Shown here in pieces: positions 41,443-51,497 of a DNA stretch of 64,000 bases. The translations under genes and the position numbers were made by a program. Position 1 is the first letter of the stretch. Each line of letters begins with the position of its first letter. Location of the stretch: the NCBI GenBank assembly GCA_965214405.1, contig OZ243956.1, positions 2,976,001 through 3,040,000 of the forward strand, read 5' to 3'. The notes under the pieces were generated by a model. It was not told where the DNA came from. It ran no database searches and saw nothing but the letters and a program-made list of their open reading frames with translations. This DNA comes from Trueperaceae bacterium. GTDB taxonomy: Bacteria; Deinococcota; Deinococci; Deinococcales; Trueperaceae.

Positions 41443-42216
41443 CTATGACGGCTCGGCGAGTTGGTCGGGCGTGGCGGTAATGAGCTCTACACCGTTCTCG
41501 TCGAACAAATCTCGAGCCGCGGCAGAGAGACCCGTATCGGTAATCACCCTGTGTACCGCCCCGAGCGGGGCCACGGACGCTTCACCGACCCGGCGAAACT
41601 TGCTCGAGTCGCTCACGACCACCGACGTTTTGGCGATGCGGACGAACTGCCGTAATATGGCCGCCTCATCCTCCTGAGTCACGGTAAACCCCTCTTCGGC
41701 GCCTACCCCGCTCACGCCGATAAAAGCCAGGTCGGCAAAGCAAGTTTCCAAGTTCTCCTTGCTCCAGTCGCCCGTGACCAGTTCGCTGCCGGGGCGGTAC
41801 TGCCCCCCTGTCAAACTCACCTTCGGTTCCGTTTTGGTGATGGCTCGAGCGACCCCCACGCTGTTGGTGAGGATGTGAACCGCGAGGTCGTTGAGGCGGT
41901 GGGCCACGGCTTCGGTCGTCGTGCCCGGCCCTAAAGCGATCACCATACCGGGTTTGACGTAAGCGGCCGCCGCCTCGGCGATGGCGAGCTTTTCAGCCTG
42001 ATGCAGCACGGCGCGGTCCTGATAGGGCACCGTGTGACACACCAGCACCGCGCCGCCGTGTCCTTTATCGACTAAACCCTGATCCTCCAATTCCCAAAAA
42101 TCACGCCGGATGGTCTGGTCCGAGACCCCGAAGCGCTGCGCCAACTCGGCGGTTCGCGCCGACCCGTTTTTCTTTAGCAGGTTCAAAATAGTGCGCCGCC
42201 GCTCCTCCGCCAGCAT
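41443..42216 (-). CDS. DeoR/GlpR-family regulator
   Basis: ERRRTIL, FGVSDQTIRRD, HGGA, PGTTT, TNS, DSSKF. Confidence 0.93.
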   Translation of the reverse strand: MLAEERRRTILNLLKKNGSARTAELAQRFGVSDQTIRRDFWELEDQGLVDKGHGGAVLVCHTVPYQDRAVLHQAEKLAIAEAAAAYVKPGMVIALGPGTTTEAVAHRLNDLAVHILTNSVGVARAITKTEPKVSLTGGQYRPGSELVTGDWSKENLETCFADLAFIGVSGVGAEEGFTVTQEDEAAILRQFVRIAKTSVVVSDSSKFRRVGEASVAPLGAVHRVITDTGLSAAARDLFDENGVELITATPDQLAEPS

Positions 42217-42398
42217 GGGTGGCTCCTCTGTCCTTTGATGTTGAATCTAACATACGCACCTTAGAGAATCAATACAATTCAACATTGATGGGGCGGCCAG
42301 TGTAGAGTGAGACAGGGCCTTCACTTACGCAATGCAACAAACGCGCGCGTTAGCCGCACAACGCTTATGCGACCTTCGGCCCGGTTAGTCACGTAAGT

Positions 42399-43808
42399 TT
42401 AGGTCTTTGCCCTCCTCAAACCAGACACCCCCCAAAGCGTCTCGATACGGACATACAGAAGCGTAGACACCACTAGCAGTGTTCCCGCCACCGTCCAGGC
42501 CACGCCAATGGACGCCCTGTCGGCGATGAAGCCCAGCACGGCACTGCCGCTAAAGAAGCCGGCGTACGAAACGAGCGAAGCCACCGACAACATGCTCGAG
42601 CGCCGCTCTTTCGGGATTTCGTCGTTTTGCACCTTGCCCAGCGGCGACGCCCCCACGCTCCGCCCGAAATAGAACAGCCAGAACAAGGCTGCAGCACCCG
42701 CGACCGTCCCTTGCGCGGCCAGCAGAATCAGTAGCCCACCACCCAGCCCCTCGAACACGGCCCCGACCAGCGCGTACCGCCTCCCGAGCAGCCTGGTGAC
42801 GGGTATTGAGGCGAGGCTGCCCACCATACCGGCCAGAAACCCACCCATCATGAGCGCCCCGAAGAGCACGCGGTGCCCGTCGCTGCCGCCCAACAGCTCG
42901 GCGAAGCGGGGCTGCCAAAAGGTCTCGACACTCGCCAGCGCGAACCCGCTCACCGCCGTGGCGAGGAACAGCAGGCGCAGGACCGGGTTGTTCAGGCTCA
43001 AAGTAAGTGCTTCCTTGATGACGCCCGGCACCTCCCGAAAGCCCCAGGTTTCATTACCCTCCACCTGCCTGCGTTCTTCTTGCACAAACACCGTCACGAT
43101 GACGAGGTTGACCGCCTGCACCAAAACGGCGGCCACGATGGTCATAGCGATAGGCGTGAAGACGGCGCTTCCCTCCTCCGGCAGGCCTCCGAACAGCGAG
43201 GCGATGACGCCGCCCAGCAGCGTGCTGAGGGCGATGGCAAAGGACGAAACGGTACCGGCTCGAGCCAGGTAGGGCTGGATGTCAATTTCGGGGTCGGCGT
43301 CCTGAAGCCGGTCGATAAACCAGGCGTCCAGCGCCCCCGAGGCGAGCGCCCGCCCGACGCCGTTGAGAACACTGGACACGATGAACACCGGGAAGGAAAA
43401 AGCCAGCAGAAAGACCAGGTCTTTGAGCAGCAGGAACGCATAAGCCAGCAGCGTGACCCGCTTGCGCCCGATGGCGTCGGCAAGACCACCCGTCGGCAGC
43501 TCGAGCGCAGCGACCGTCAAAGCAAAGATGCTGGTCAACAGCCCGACCTGAAAGAGGTCCATCCCCCGCGCCTGCATCAACACGATGGCAAGCGGCAGAG
43601 GTAAGCCCACCCCTACCCAGAACAGCGCCGTGGTGAGGTTGTAGATGATTTCCGTGCGGCGCACCCTTTGGCGCGTCTCCTCGGTCCAGTGTTCGTAAGA
43701 GGCAGAGACCCTTCGGGCCGAGCGAGCGTCCCGCCTAAGCTGGGCTTCACGTTGAGACGACGCCATCTTTTCGTAGGCATACTTGAGCGGGTCGCCGGGC
43801 GGGAACAT
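42399..43808 (-). CDS. MFS transporter
   Basis: ELPTGGLADAIGRKR motif A, SGALDAW; about 12 TM segments; start uncertain. Confidence 0.88.
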   Translation of the reverse strand: MFPPGDPLKYAYEKMASSQREAQLRRDARSARRVSASYEHWTEETRQRVRRTEIIYNLTTALFWVGVGLPLPLAIVLMQARGMDLFQVGLLTSIFALTVAALELPTGGLADAIGRKRVTLLAYAFLLLKDLVFLLAFSFPVFIVSSVLNGVGRALASGALDAWFIDRLQDADPEIDIQPYLARAGTVSSFAIALSTLLGGVIASLFGGLPEEGSAVFTPIAMTIVAAVLVQAVNLVIVTVFVQEERRQVEGNETWGFREVPGVIKEALTLSLNNPVLRLLFLATAVSGFALASVETFWQPRFAELLGGSDGHRVLFGALMMGGFLAGMVGSLASIPVTRLLGRRYALVGAVFEGLGGGLLILLAAQGTVAGAAALFWLFYFGRSVGASPLGKVQNDEIPKERRSSMLSVASLVSYAGFFSGSAVLGFIADRASIGVAWTVAGTLLVVSTLLYVRIETLWGVSGLRRAKT

Positions 43809-43837
43809 ACCCAAGTCTCGGTGCTATGCTACTCAAA

Positions 43838-44518
43838 ATGGAAGACGTAAACTCGAGTAGACCTCCTACCGACGCGTTTTATAGGGTGCGAAGCGAGGAA
43901 CAGGCGCGGCTGCTGAGCGACCCCAGCGGCAGTCACTTCCTGCACCCATTCATTGGTCGGGAAACCACCGTGGCAGCGGCGGCGCAGACGCTCGGGTGCA
44001 GTATCCAAACCATGCACTACCGGGTTAAGCAACTGCTGGCGGTGGGGCTGCTCGAGGTCGTGCGCGAACAGAAGCGGGCCGGACGCGCGGTCAAGCATTA
44101 CCGAGCTGTAAGTGACGCGTTCTTCGTGCCCGACGACCTGACTCACTATGCCGACCTGGAAGAGCGGTTTCTAGCTGATCTTCGGCCCACTCTTGGGGCG
44201 ATTGCCAGGGGTCTCGCCGAGGGGATACGCCGTGAGGGACGTACCGGGCAGTGTTTGTTCCAAGATGGTCGCGAAGGCGTGTCGTCTTACGGCTGTGTCG
44301 AGCGACCCGACCAGGTTATCGAGTTCAACCTGGACTATCCCCACAGGCGTGCCAACACCGACCGCCGCGGCGACATCTACCTCACCGAAGCGGAGGCGAG
44401 GGCGTTGGGACAGGAGTTAAATAACCTATTTGAGCGTTATATTCAGCTTCCGCGTAGCGGGTCTGAGTCGCTTGACGCTTACACTTTTCTGTACGCGCTT
44501 GTCCTGTCGCCTGAGTAG
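43838..44518 (+). CDS. Winged-helix (ArsR-like) regulator
   Basis: TVAAAAQTLG...MHYRVKQLLAVGLLEVV...RAGRAVKHYRA; ATG 7 nt after TGCTATGCT. Confidence 0.8.
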   Translation: MEDVNSSRPPTDAFYRVRSEEQARLLSDPSGSHFLHPFIGRETTVAAAAQTLGCSIQTMHYRVKQLLAVGLLEVVREQKRAGRAVKHYRAVSDAFFVPDDLTHYADLEERFLADLRPTLGAIARGLAEGIRREGRTGQCLFQDGREGVSSYGCVERPDQVIEFNLDYPHRRANTDRRGDIYLTEAEARALGQELNNLFERYIQLPRSGSESLDAYTFLYALVLSPE

Positions 44519-44650
44519 AGGGGCATCCTCCTCATGGAAACCGGTAATGGAACCTGTGCGTGAGACGCGCGCAACTGTCGCTTTAAAGGTGAAGTCATTC
44601 ATTAACGCTCCCCGAAATTTTTGGTGTGACAGGTATAACCAAGGGAAGGC

Positions 44651-46225
44651 TTAAGCTCGAGCCTTCAGATGCCCCTGCCAGTCAAACCCCTCGCGCACCG
44701 CGCTACTTTGAGGCATCACGTCTAAACGTATACATTCCTCAACCGCACACAGTTCGGCGTCCCTTTGAAAGCCCAGAACCGCTTTTATTTCGTTTCCTTT
44801 GACGTAGTAGGCTAAAAACTCGCGCGCGTCTAAGTCGCCGTCAATCACCACGTCGTCCCAATCTTCGGCGTGCCCGACGTAGCGCAGGCCCACGCCGTGC
44901 TGTTTGCTCCAGAAAAGGGGGACACCGTCAAAATTTACGTCTTGCCCCAGCATGGCCCTTGCCGCGGTGACACCTTGTTGCATCGCCACGCGCCAGTGTT
45001 CGATGCGGACGCGGTTGCCGCGGTAGTCAAAGGCGGCCAAATCGCCCGCGGCGTGAAGGCCATCTCCGCCTTCAACGCGCATGGTCGCGTCTACGGACAC
45101 GCCCCCATCGTCGTTTTTTGGCACGCCCTCCAAAAAGTCCGTCGCGGGCTCCACGCCGATGCCAACGATGACCGTATCGGCTTGGAGCCTTTCCCCCGTG
45201 TCCAGCACCACGCTTTCAACTTGCGACTCACCCTCGAGTCGCTCTACCTGCGCGCCCTCCCTGAACACCACCCCGTTCTCCTCGTGCAGCTTTTGCAGCA
45301 TCTCTGCAACATCCTCCCCAAAAAGGGACGCAAAAGGTTTTGACCGCGCGACCACCGTGACCTTTGCACCACGCGCCCTCGCCGAGGAGGCGCATTCCAT
45401 GCCGATAAAGCTCGAGCCCACGATGATTACCCGATTCCCCTCGTCAAGCTTGGCGATAATGCGCTCGCTGTCGCGGAGGCTTCGCAGGGTGAACACGTTG
45501 GAGAGGGTGCCGCCGGGGACTTCTAAGATGCGGGGTTTGGACCCGGACGCCAGGAGGAGCGCGTTGTAAGAAAGCGTGTCACCGTCCGCAAACGTTAGTT
45601 TCTTAGTTGAGGGCTCGAGCCGCGTCACCCGTTGCCCGAGCATGAGGTCGATGTTGTGGGTTTGGTAGAAGGCGGGGGCTCGAGCCGGAATCCAGCCCAT
45701 CGTTTTCTCTTCGCTGAGATAGTCCTTGGAGAGCAGGGTGCGGTCATAGGGGAGCGCGTCCTCTCGTGACACCATCACCACGCGTCCCTGGAAGCCCTCG
45801 CGGCGGAGCGCTTCGGAGGCGGCGAAACCTGCCGCGCCTGTGCCCAAGATGACAAAGGTGCGTGAATCTTCTTCAGCGTCTAAAGAAGCCATCTCGGGCA
45901 CGCGCTTCTCGGGTGCGTCCTCCGGCACGGTGACGAAAACCTCACCGTCCTCTTCCGTTACCTCAAAGGTCGGCTGCGCGTCCAGAGCGGGAGGTTCTAA
46001 CAGCGCGCCCGTCTGGACCGAAAAGCAGGCGTGGTGCCAGGGGCACATCACCCGGTCGCCGTTCAAAACACCTTCGGCTAAGGGAGCGCCGTAGTGGGTG
46101 CAGTGGGCGTGGAGCGCGTGGTAGCGCCCCTCCACGCGGGCTAGCAGCACCTCCCTATCGCCCACGGTTACGCTTTTCATCTCGCCGTCTTTGAGGTCGT
46201 TTCGGTTTGCAACACGTGTTTTCAT
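44651..46225 (-). CDS. Rieske [2Fe-2S] plus FAD-dependent oxidoreductase fusion (AIFM3-like)
   Basis: CTHYGAPL...CPWH Rieske motif; GTGAAG, PYDRTLLSK, GSSFIGME, AAGD, RIEHW. Confidence 0.92.
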   Translation of the reverse strand: MKTRVANRNDLKDGEMKSVTVGDREVLLARVEGRYHALHAHCTHYGAPLAEGVLNGDRVMCPWHHACFSVQTGALLEPPALDAQPTFEVTEEDGEVFVTVPEDAPEKRVPEMASLDAEEDSRTFVILGTGAAGFAASEALRREGFQGRVVMVSREDALPYDRTLLSKDYLSEEKTMGWIPARAPAFYQTHNIDLMLGQRVTRLEPSTKKLTFADGDTLSYNALLLASGSKPRILEVPGGTLSNVFTLRSLRDSERIIAKLDEGNRVIIVGSSFIGMECASSARARGAKVTVVARSKPFASLFGEDVAEMLQKLHEENGVVFREGAQVERLEGESQVESVVLDTGERLQADTVIVGIGVEPATDFLEGVPKNDDGGVSVDATMRVEGGDGLHAAGDLAAFDYRGNRVRIEHWRVAMQQGVTAARAMLGQDVNFDGVPLFWSKQHGVGLRYVGHAEDWDDVVIDGDLDAREFLAYYVKGNEIKAVLGFQRDAELCAVEECIRLDVMPQSSAVREGFDWQGHLKARA

Positions 46226-46310
46226 AGGCTCAGTTTAGCCTGAGCAAGCGGAGCGCTTTAGAAAGCTATGCGCAGTTTTTGAAGGTCGCAAAATAACGCC
46301 ACGCTTTTTG

Positions 46311-46342
46311 CAAAGAAAAACCCCCGGTGAAAGCCAGGGGTT
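46311..46342 (-). terminator. Intrinsic terminator of the large lipoprotein gene
   Basis: Minus strand AACCCCTGG-CTTTCA-CCGGGGGTT followed by TTTCTT. Confidence 0.75.
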
Positions 46343-46362
46343 GCGAGAGAGTTTAGGGTTTC

Positions 46363-49300
46363 TTACTGCTGGGGCGGCCTGATCGACACCGTCTCCTCGA
46401 CCGAATAGGGCAAGAAGGGGTGCTGGGTGTCGTTGGGGTCGGCGTCCCAATCGACCGTCGCGGTCGCGGTGGCGTTGCCGACCTTGTCGGCGTCTGCGCT
46501 CACCACGAAGACGGCGGTGAAGCCGACCGGGTGGTCGTAAGGCCCGAACGAGACCGTATCGCCGCCCGTCGCGCCTACCGCGATGGGACCGGAAACCGCG
46601 CCTGTGTCGGACACGAAGTAGAGCTGACCGCCCGTGAGGGTGGCGTTGTCGGCGCCCGCAGCGTCTAAGGTCACGTCGAGCGTGGTGCGCTCGGCGGTGC
46701 CGTCTTCGTCGGCGGAGGAAACGCCGCCGTTCTGGACCGAGAAGAGGTAGACGAAGTCGTCGCCGCGCTCGACCACGCTGATGAACTGGAGCTCTTCCGC
46801 GCCCAGGTCGTAGTTGCCAAGGTCGTTGAGTTCCAACCAGGCGTCCGCCGCTTCAAAGGAGAAGATTTCGGCGCAGTCGGCAATGAAGGAGAAGCGGTCG
46901 CCGAATACAGCGCCCAGTTCCTCTTCGGCCACGCCCGTAAAGCCGTACGTTCCCAGCGCCTCTACGTTGCAGTCGCCAAGGTCTTGGTCCTGATTCATGT
47001 TGCCCGCGGTCAAGGCCGCCAGGTTGATGTGGAAGTCCGGGTCGAAGAGCTTGACGTTCAAGAGAAGCTCCGTGCTGCCCGTGTCGCCGCCGCCCATGAG
47101 GGGCACGGTTTCCCAGAAGACAGCCTTGTCGCCGAAGTCGCGCAGGTACGCCTCAAAGCCGGGCGGGGGGTTGCTGGGCGAGCCGACAAAGGTCGCCGTG
47201 TAGTCTGCCGTCGGCGTGACGCCCTCGTCGTCCACAACCGTGAGCGGGTCGGCGGTGGTGTAGTCGAGGCCGATAAGGAAGATGTCGCTCAAGTTCACGT
47301 CTCGAGCGTACGGGTTGTCGCGCGTTGAGCCGTCAAATTCGCTCGGGTACATTGCCGCAAGTTCGGCGTAGCCGGGGTCGGAGAGCGTGCGGTCGAGGTT
47401 GGCGATGGTGACGCCGAAGCGCGCCGCCATGCCGATGTCGAAGGGCATGTCTTGCGGGTTTAGGAGCTCCTTGTCGATGTCGAAAATCGGGCGCACAGCG
47501 TGGATGATGACGTCGTCTTCGTTCGCGTAGCCGTCAAAGTCCACGACTTGCTGCGTGCCTTCGAAGAACCAGGCGGCGGTAACGTCGCGGAGCGCGCCGC
47601 CGTTGATGATCTCGTACGGGTCGCTGTAGCAGACGCTGGTATCGCCTCTGTCACTATTATCGTCGCCGTTGTCGTTGTCATCGCCGTCATTACCATCGTC
47701 GTCTTCATTGTCAAAAGTGAAGCCGACGGTGTAGAACTCGGACGCCTCTAAGTCCTCTTCGTCCACGCAGAAGCCGGGCTTCTGGCGTACGTAAACGTCG
47801 AAGGTGCGCGTGGCGGACTCGCCCGGGGCCAAGTCGCCGACGAACCAGGTGACGGCGTGATTCACCGAGTTGTAGGTGCCGCCGTCGGTCAAGCTCGACT
47901 CGATGACGCCGAGTTCGGCGGGGAGGTCGTCCTCTAAAGTCACGTCCGTCGCCGTCACGTCGTCCGCTTGCGTGGGGCTGGTGTTGGTCACGCTCAGCGT
48001 GACGGTGGTGGTGAACACGCCTCCTGCGGGCACCGCGTTGGCGGGGTCGAGCGTGTAGTCGATTTCGCCGTTGTTGTCGATGTCGGTCCCGGCGTCGCTG
48101 TCGTCGTCGCCGTCGATCAGGTCCAAGTTGTCGCCGTACCAGGTCAGCACGTGGTTCTCGACCTTTTTGTCGATGTCCAGTACGTTGCTGATGTAGCGCT
48201 TGGTGACCGTGACGTCCTTGAGAGGGAAGTAGTAGGTGGTGTTGCCAAAGTCGAGCGCCGTATAGAGCACCGCCCGGACCGTCGCCTGGATGGGCAGGTC
48301 TTCGGGGGAGACGGAGTCGTTGGGGCGCAGCGAGAGGCTGCCGTCAAAGTCCCGGTAGCAGTCCGCGCCGGGCGCAACGGGATCAATCAGCACTTCACCG
48401 TCAGGCGCGGTGACGCCGTCGTCCAAATCCACGCCCGCTAAGGTCACCACGTCCGCGCCCTCGGTGAGCGAGAAGCAGACGAAGCCTAAGTCTTCAACCT
48501 CGAGCGCCTCTTCGGGCTGCTTGGCAAATAGGTCCACCTCGACGTTGAACACATTGCGAAGGGGGTTCTCGAGGCGGTCGTTCGTGTCGAAGATGTTGAT
48601 CTCTTCAAAGCTCGAACCCGTGCGCGTCCCCGTCATCTCACCGTTTAGGTAGAGGTGCGCCAGGTTGTAAGGCACGAGTTTGAATTCGGTCAAGGCCGAG
48701 CCGCCGTCGCCCTCGGCGGACACGACGATCCTGGCGACGTCGCCCGCGTCGGCCGTTTCGCTGGTGCCGAGCGCGGCGTAGAGCGTGAAAGTCGCTTCGC
48801 CGTTCGCGTCGGTGTAGAGGGAGTCGCGGAAGGCTGCGGTGCTCAAGCCCTGCGTGCTTAAACCCTGGGCGCTCACGCCGCTCGCTTCCGCGCAGCCGCG
48901 GATGATGGCGATGCGGTCGTCCATGTAGTCGGACTCGGCGGTGTTGACGGTGAGCTGCGCGCCCGCGACCGGATGGCCGCGCTCGTCGGTGGCGCGCACC
49001 GTCACGCATACCGGCTCCTCGGTCTGGGCAGCGTAAATCATCACGTCTTTGTTGGCGTTGACCTCGAGCCTAGAGGGCAGCGCCACCCCGCCCATGTCAA
49101 GCGCCGTCACCGCGGCGAGCGCGGCCACGGGGTCGGCGGGCGCGTCTCCCGGCGGCGTCTGGTTGGGTCCCACCTCATAGTTTAGGGTGAGGCTGGTGCG
49201 ACCGTTGGCGGTCACTTCCACCCTTGCCAAAGTCGGGTCGAGCATCCCGGCGACGGGCAAGCCGTCAACCGCGTAGGTGCCCGGCTCCAAGGTCCATTCT

Positions 49301-49518
49301 TTAACACCCGTGATCGCGCCCTGCCACACGGTTTCCTCGCCATTGGCGACGATAATGTCCGCCGTCTCGACGCCCGCGAGCGCGACTTCGAGCACGCCCT
49401 GCGCCGCCGCTGACGGCGTGTCGGTATCGTCCGGGCCGCTTTTGCCGCAGGCCGCCAGAAGTAGCGCGAGCGCCGCGAGCAGCATGACCCATGACGACAC
49501 CCTGTTCAAGCTGTACAT
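46363..49518 (-). CDS. Large acidic surface lipoprotein with Ig-like/DUF11-like modules
   Basis: AAAGGAG RBS; lipobox LLAAC; TDANGEATFT; VTNTS...DVTLEDDLP...WFVGDLAPGESAT; Asp-rich loops. Confidence 0.8.
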   Translation of the reverse strand: MYSLNRVSSWVMLLAALALLLAACGKSGPDDTDTPSAAAQGVLEVALAGVETADIIVANGEETVWQGAITGVKEWTLEPGTYAVDGLPVAGMLDPTLARVEVTANGRTSLTLNYEVGPNQTPPGDAPADPVAALAAVTALDMGGVALPSRLEVNANKDVMIYAAQTEEPVCVTVRATDERGHPVAGAQLTVNTAESDYMDDRIAIIRGCAEASGVSAQGLSTQGLSTAAFRDSLYTDANGEATFTLYAALGTSETADAGDVARIVVSAEGDGGSALTEFKLVPYNLAHLYLNGEMTGTRTGSSFEEINIFDTNDRLENPLRNVFNVEVDLFAKQPEEALEVEDLGFVCFSLTEGADVVTLAGVDLDDGVTAPDGEVLIDPVAPGADCYRDFDGSLSLRPNDSVSPEDLPIQATVRAVLYTALDFGNTTYYFPLKDVTVTKRYISNVLDIDKKVENHVLTWYGDNLDLIDGDDDSDAGTDIDNNGEIDYTLDPANAVPAGGVFTTTVTLSVTNTSPTQADDVTATDVTLEDDLPAELGVIESSLTDGGTYNSVNHAVTWFVGDLAPGESATRTFDVYVRQKPGFCVDEEDLEASEFYTVGFTFDNEDDDGNDGDDNDNGDDNSDRGDTSVCYSDPYEIINGGALRDVTAAWFFEGTQQVVDFDGYANEDDVIIHAVRPIFDIDKELLNPQDMPFDIGMAARFGVTIANLDRTLSDPGYAELAAMYPSEFDGSTRDNPYARDVNLSDIFLIGLDYTTADPLTVVDDEGVTPTADYTATFVGSPSNPPPGFEAYLRDFGDKAVFWETVPLMGGGDTGSTELLLNVKLFDPDFHINLAALTAGNMNQDQDLGDCNVEALGTYGFTGVAEEELGAVFGDRFSFIADCAEIFSFEAADAWLELNDLGNYDLGAEELQFISVVERGDDFVYLFSVQNGGVSSADEDGTAERTTLDVTLDAAGADNATLTGGQLYFVSDTGAVSGPIAVGATGGDTVSFGPYDHPVGFTAVFVVSADADKVGNATATATVDWDADPNDTQHPFLPYSVEETVSIRPPQQ

Positions 49519-50073
49519 ACGTTCTCCTTTTCGAAAATCAAAGATTATGTTGTTTCCATAACCGCCCGTCGCTCTACAGGTTGAAAGAATCAAGGAGCTG
49601 ATTGGACGGGTTATGGCGTACGCCCGCGTGAACGGGCGCGCAGCTTACTTTTTGTCAGGATTTTGTGCTCAATACTCTTCGGTATCTAGCCGAGGGACTA
49701 GTGACCGCTTTGCGGTGTCGGGGCGTGTCCACCTGCTACGGGGATACCATGTGGACACGCTTCTAAACATCCGCTGCGATAGGGCCAACAAGAGCACCCG
49801 TGCGGGGCCAAAGACCCCGGTAACCTGACGCGCGTTTCACCTCCTTTGACCCAAGCGTAGAGGAGGCGGCTCGAGCTTCCAAGGGACGGGCGCTGTAGCG
49901 CGTTTAGGGCTTTGGTCTTAGGCCCTCGAGATCGTCTTCGGCAAATCAACCCTTCAGCTTAGGCACTGTTTCTATAGGCACTGTTTCTAGTAGGAGAGTA
50001 GGAGAGGAGTGGGGGAGAAGGCTTCCGACGTCGCTCAGCACTTTTCACTCACCACTCGGTACTTTTTTCATGG

Positions 50074-50628
50074 TTAAGACTTGAGCGCAGTCCGCCCGTG
50101 TTGCACGATGAGTTCGGTGCGACTTTTCGCGTCCAGCTTTTTGAGCACGTTGGACACGTAAACTTTGACGGTTTTTTCGGAGAGGTCTAAGCGTTGCGCG
50201 ATTTTTTTGTTCGTCAGCCCCTCGACGACGAGGCTCAGCACCTGGTGCTCTCTGGGGGTGAGCGTGGGCGTGCTCTGCGTCCGCACGAAAAGGCTGAGAA
50301 TCGACCGCTCGGCCCAGATTTGGCCCCCACGCACCGCGTTGACCGCGCTCGCCAAGTCTTTCGCGCCCTCCTCCCCGCTCAGGTAGCCCTTGTAGCCCGC
50401 GTCCAGCACGCACACTTTATCCGAGTCCATCCCGTCGATGAGCGCGAGGGTGGGCACGGCGGGGGGCGCGGGATAGGGCGGCTTGAGCGGGCGCAGGTTC
50501 CAGATAGCCACGTCCACGTGAGGGGCGGCGCGGGGTCCTGTGACGACCTCGAAACGGGCGCGCGTGAGCAGCGTCGCCAGCGCCTCGTCGATGAGGCGTG
50601 AGTCGGAGTGGACCCATACGGTTGTCAT
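50074..50628 (-). CDS. LuxR/NarL-type regulator with degenerate receiver domain
   Basis: LTPREHQVL..VVEGLTNKKIA..L.LSEKTVK HTH; receiver has WNL at the usual Asp site; AAGGAG RBS. Confidence 0.88.
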   Translation of the reverse strand: MTTVWVHSDSRLIDEALATLLTRARFEVVTGPRAAPHVDVAIWNLRPLKPPYPAPPAVPTLALIDGMDSDKVCVLDAGYKGYLSGEEGAKDLASAVNAVRGGQIWAERSILSLFVRTQSTPTLTPREHQVLSLVVEGLTNKKIAQRLDLSEKTVKVYVSNVLKKLDAKSRTELIVQHGRTALKS

Positions 50629-51053
50629 AGTCGGGCTCCTTAGAATCAAGCACGCGGCCTTTGACCGCGCACTTCGTGAGATGCCCCCAACCACTCAAAA
50701 AGCGTTCATGGCTTTCATTTGGTCCTAATCTAGCACAAATAATTCGCGTCATGTTCGCCTTTATTTGTGTATCTGTCAAGGACGTTTTAGAGACGTTTCG
50801 GTAAACGGCCTAAGCCTTTGGGTGTAGCACCTTTACACCTCCCGTGCCTGGACAACCACGCGGCGCACCTTCACAATGAATGAGTCGTCAGCGGCGGCTG
50901 TAGTGTGACCCTGATTATGAGCACACGCCGTGAATTCACCGTGAATTCACCGAGCAGGTGTCACGCCGCGAGGTTGGTACGTGGTTCTTTCCGCACTTGC
51001 GGCCTACCGGAGGACAAATCCGCCACGCTGGCCGGGACACGAAAGGTTGTTTG

Positions 51054-51497
51054 ATGCACGTCTGGGTGCAGTCATCGTCACACATCACCGCGGCGGCGCT
51101 TGCGGAACTCCTGCGGGTGCGCGGCTTTTCCGCCAGCACCCGGCGGGAAAGCGTGAGCGAGGTGGCCCTGTGGGATTTGACAGGGTGGGATTTAACGGGG
51201 TGGGATTTAACGGGGTGGGATTTGACCGGGTGGGACTCGAGCAGCGGGAATTTTGCGGTGGGGCTCGAGCACGGCCTCCCCCTCCCGCTCCCCACGCTGG
51301 CGCTCGTTCCCGACGAAAGGGTAGGCGCTCTGGCGTTCAGGCTGGGTTACCGCGGCTATCTAACGCGCCGGGCGGGGGGGGGAGAGCTCGAGCGGGCGCT
51401 GCTGGCGCTCTCAAAGGGTCAGATGTGGGTCGGGGACCATCCCCTGCTCGAGAGGAACGCCAGACGTTTCTGGAGGCGGCGTGAAAAAAAGTTGTGA
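51054..51497 (+). CDS. Stand-alone degenerate receiver paralog (no HTH) with WDLTG repeats
   Basis: Shares VWV.S...AL..LL, VALWDL, PTLAL, GYRGYL, G..W with both neighbours; GTGA overlap with next gene. Confidence 0.72.
   Translation: MHVWVQSSSHITAAALAELLRVRGFSASTRRESVSEVALWDLTGWDLTGWDLTGWDLTGWDSSSGNFAVGLEHGLPLPLPTLALVPDERVGALAFRLGYRGYLTRRAGGGELERALLALSKGQMWVGDHPLLERNARRFWRRREKKL
51171..51236 (+). repeat. 15-bp tandem repeat x4.4 encoding WDLTG
   Basis: TGGGATTTGACAGGG, TGGGATTTAACGGGG x2, TGGGATTTGACCGGG, TGGGAC. Confidence 0.95.

Noticed and set aside
49961..49990. IS6-like GGCACTGTT ends in tandem
   Set aside because: No transposase remnant; explained as a 15-bp tandem duplication
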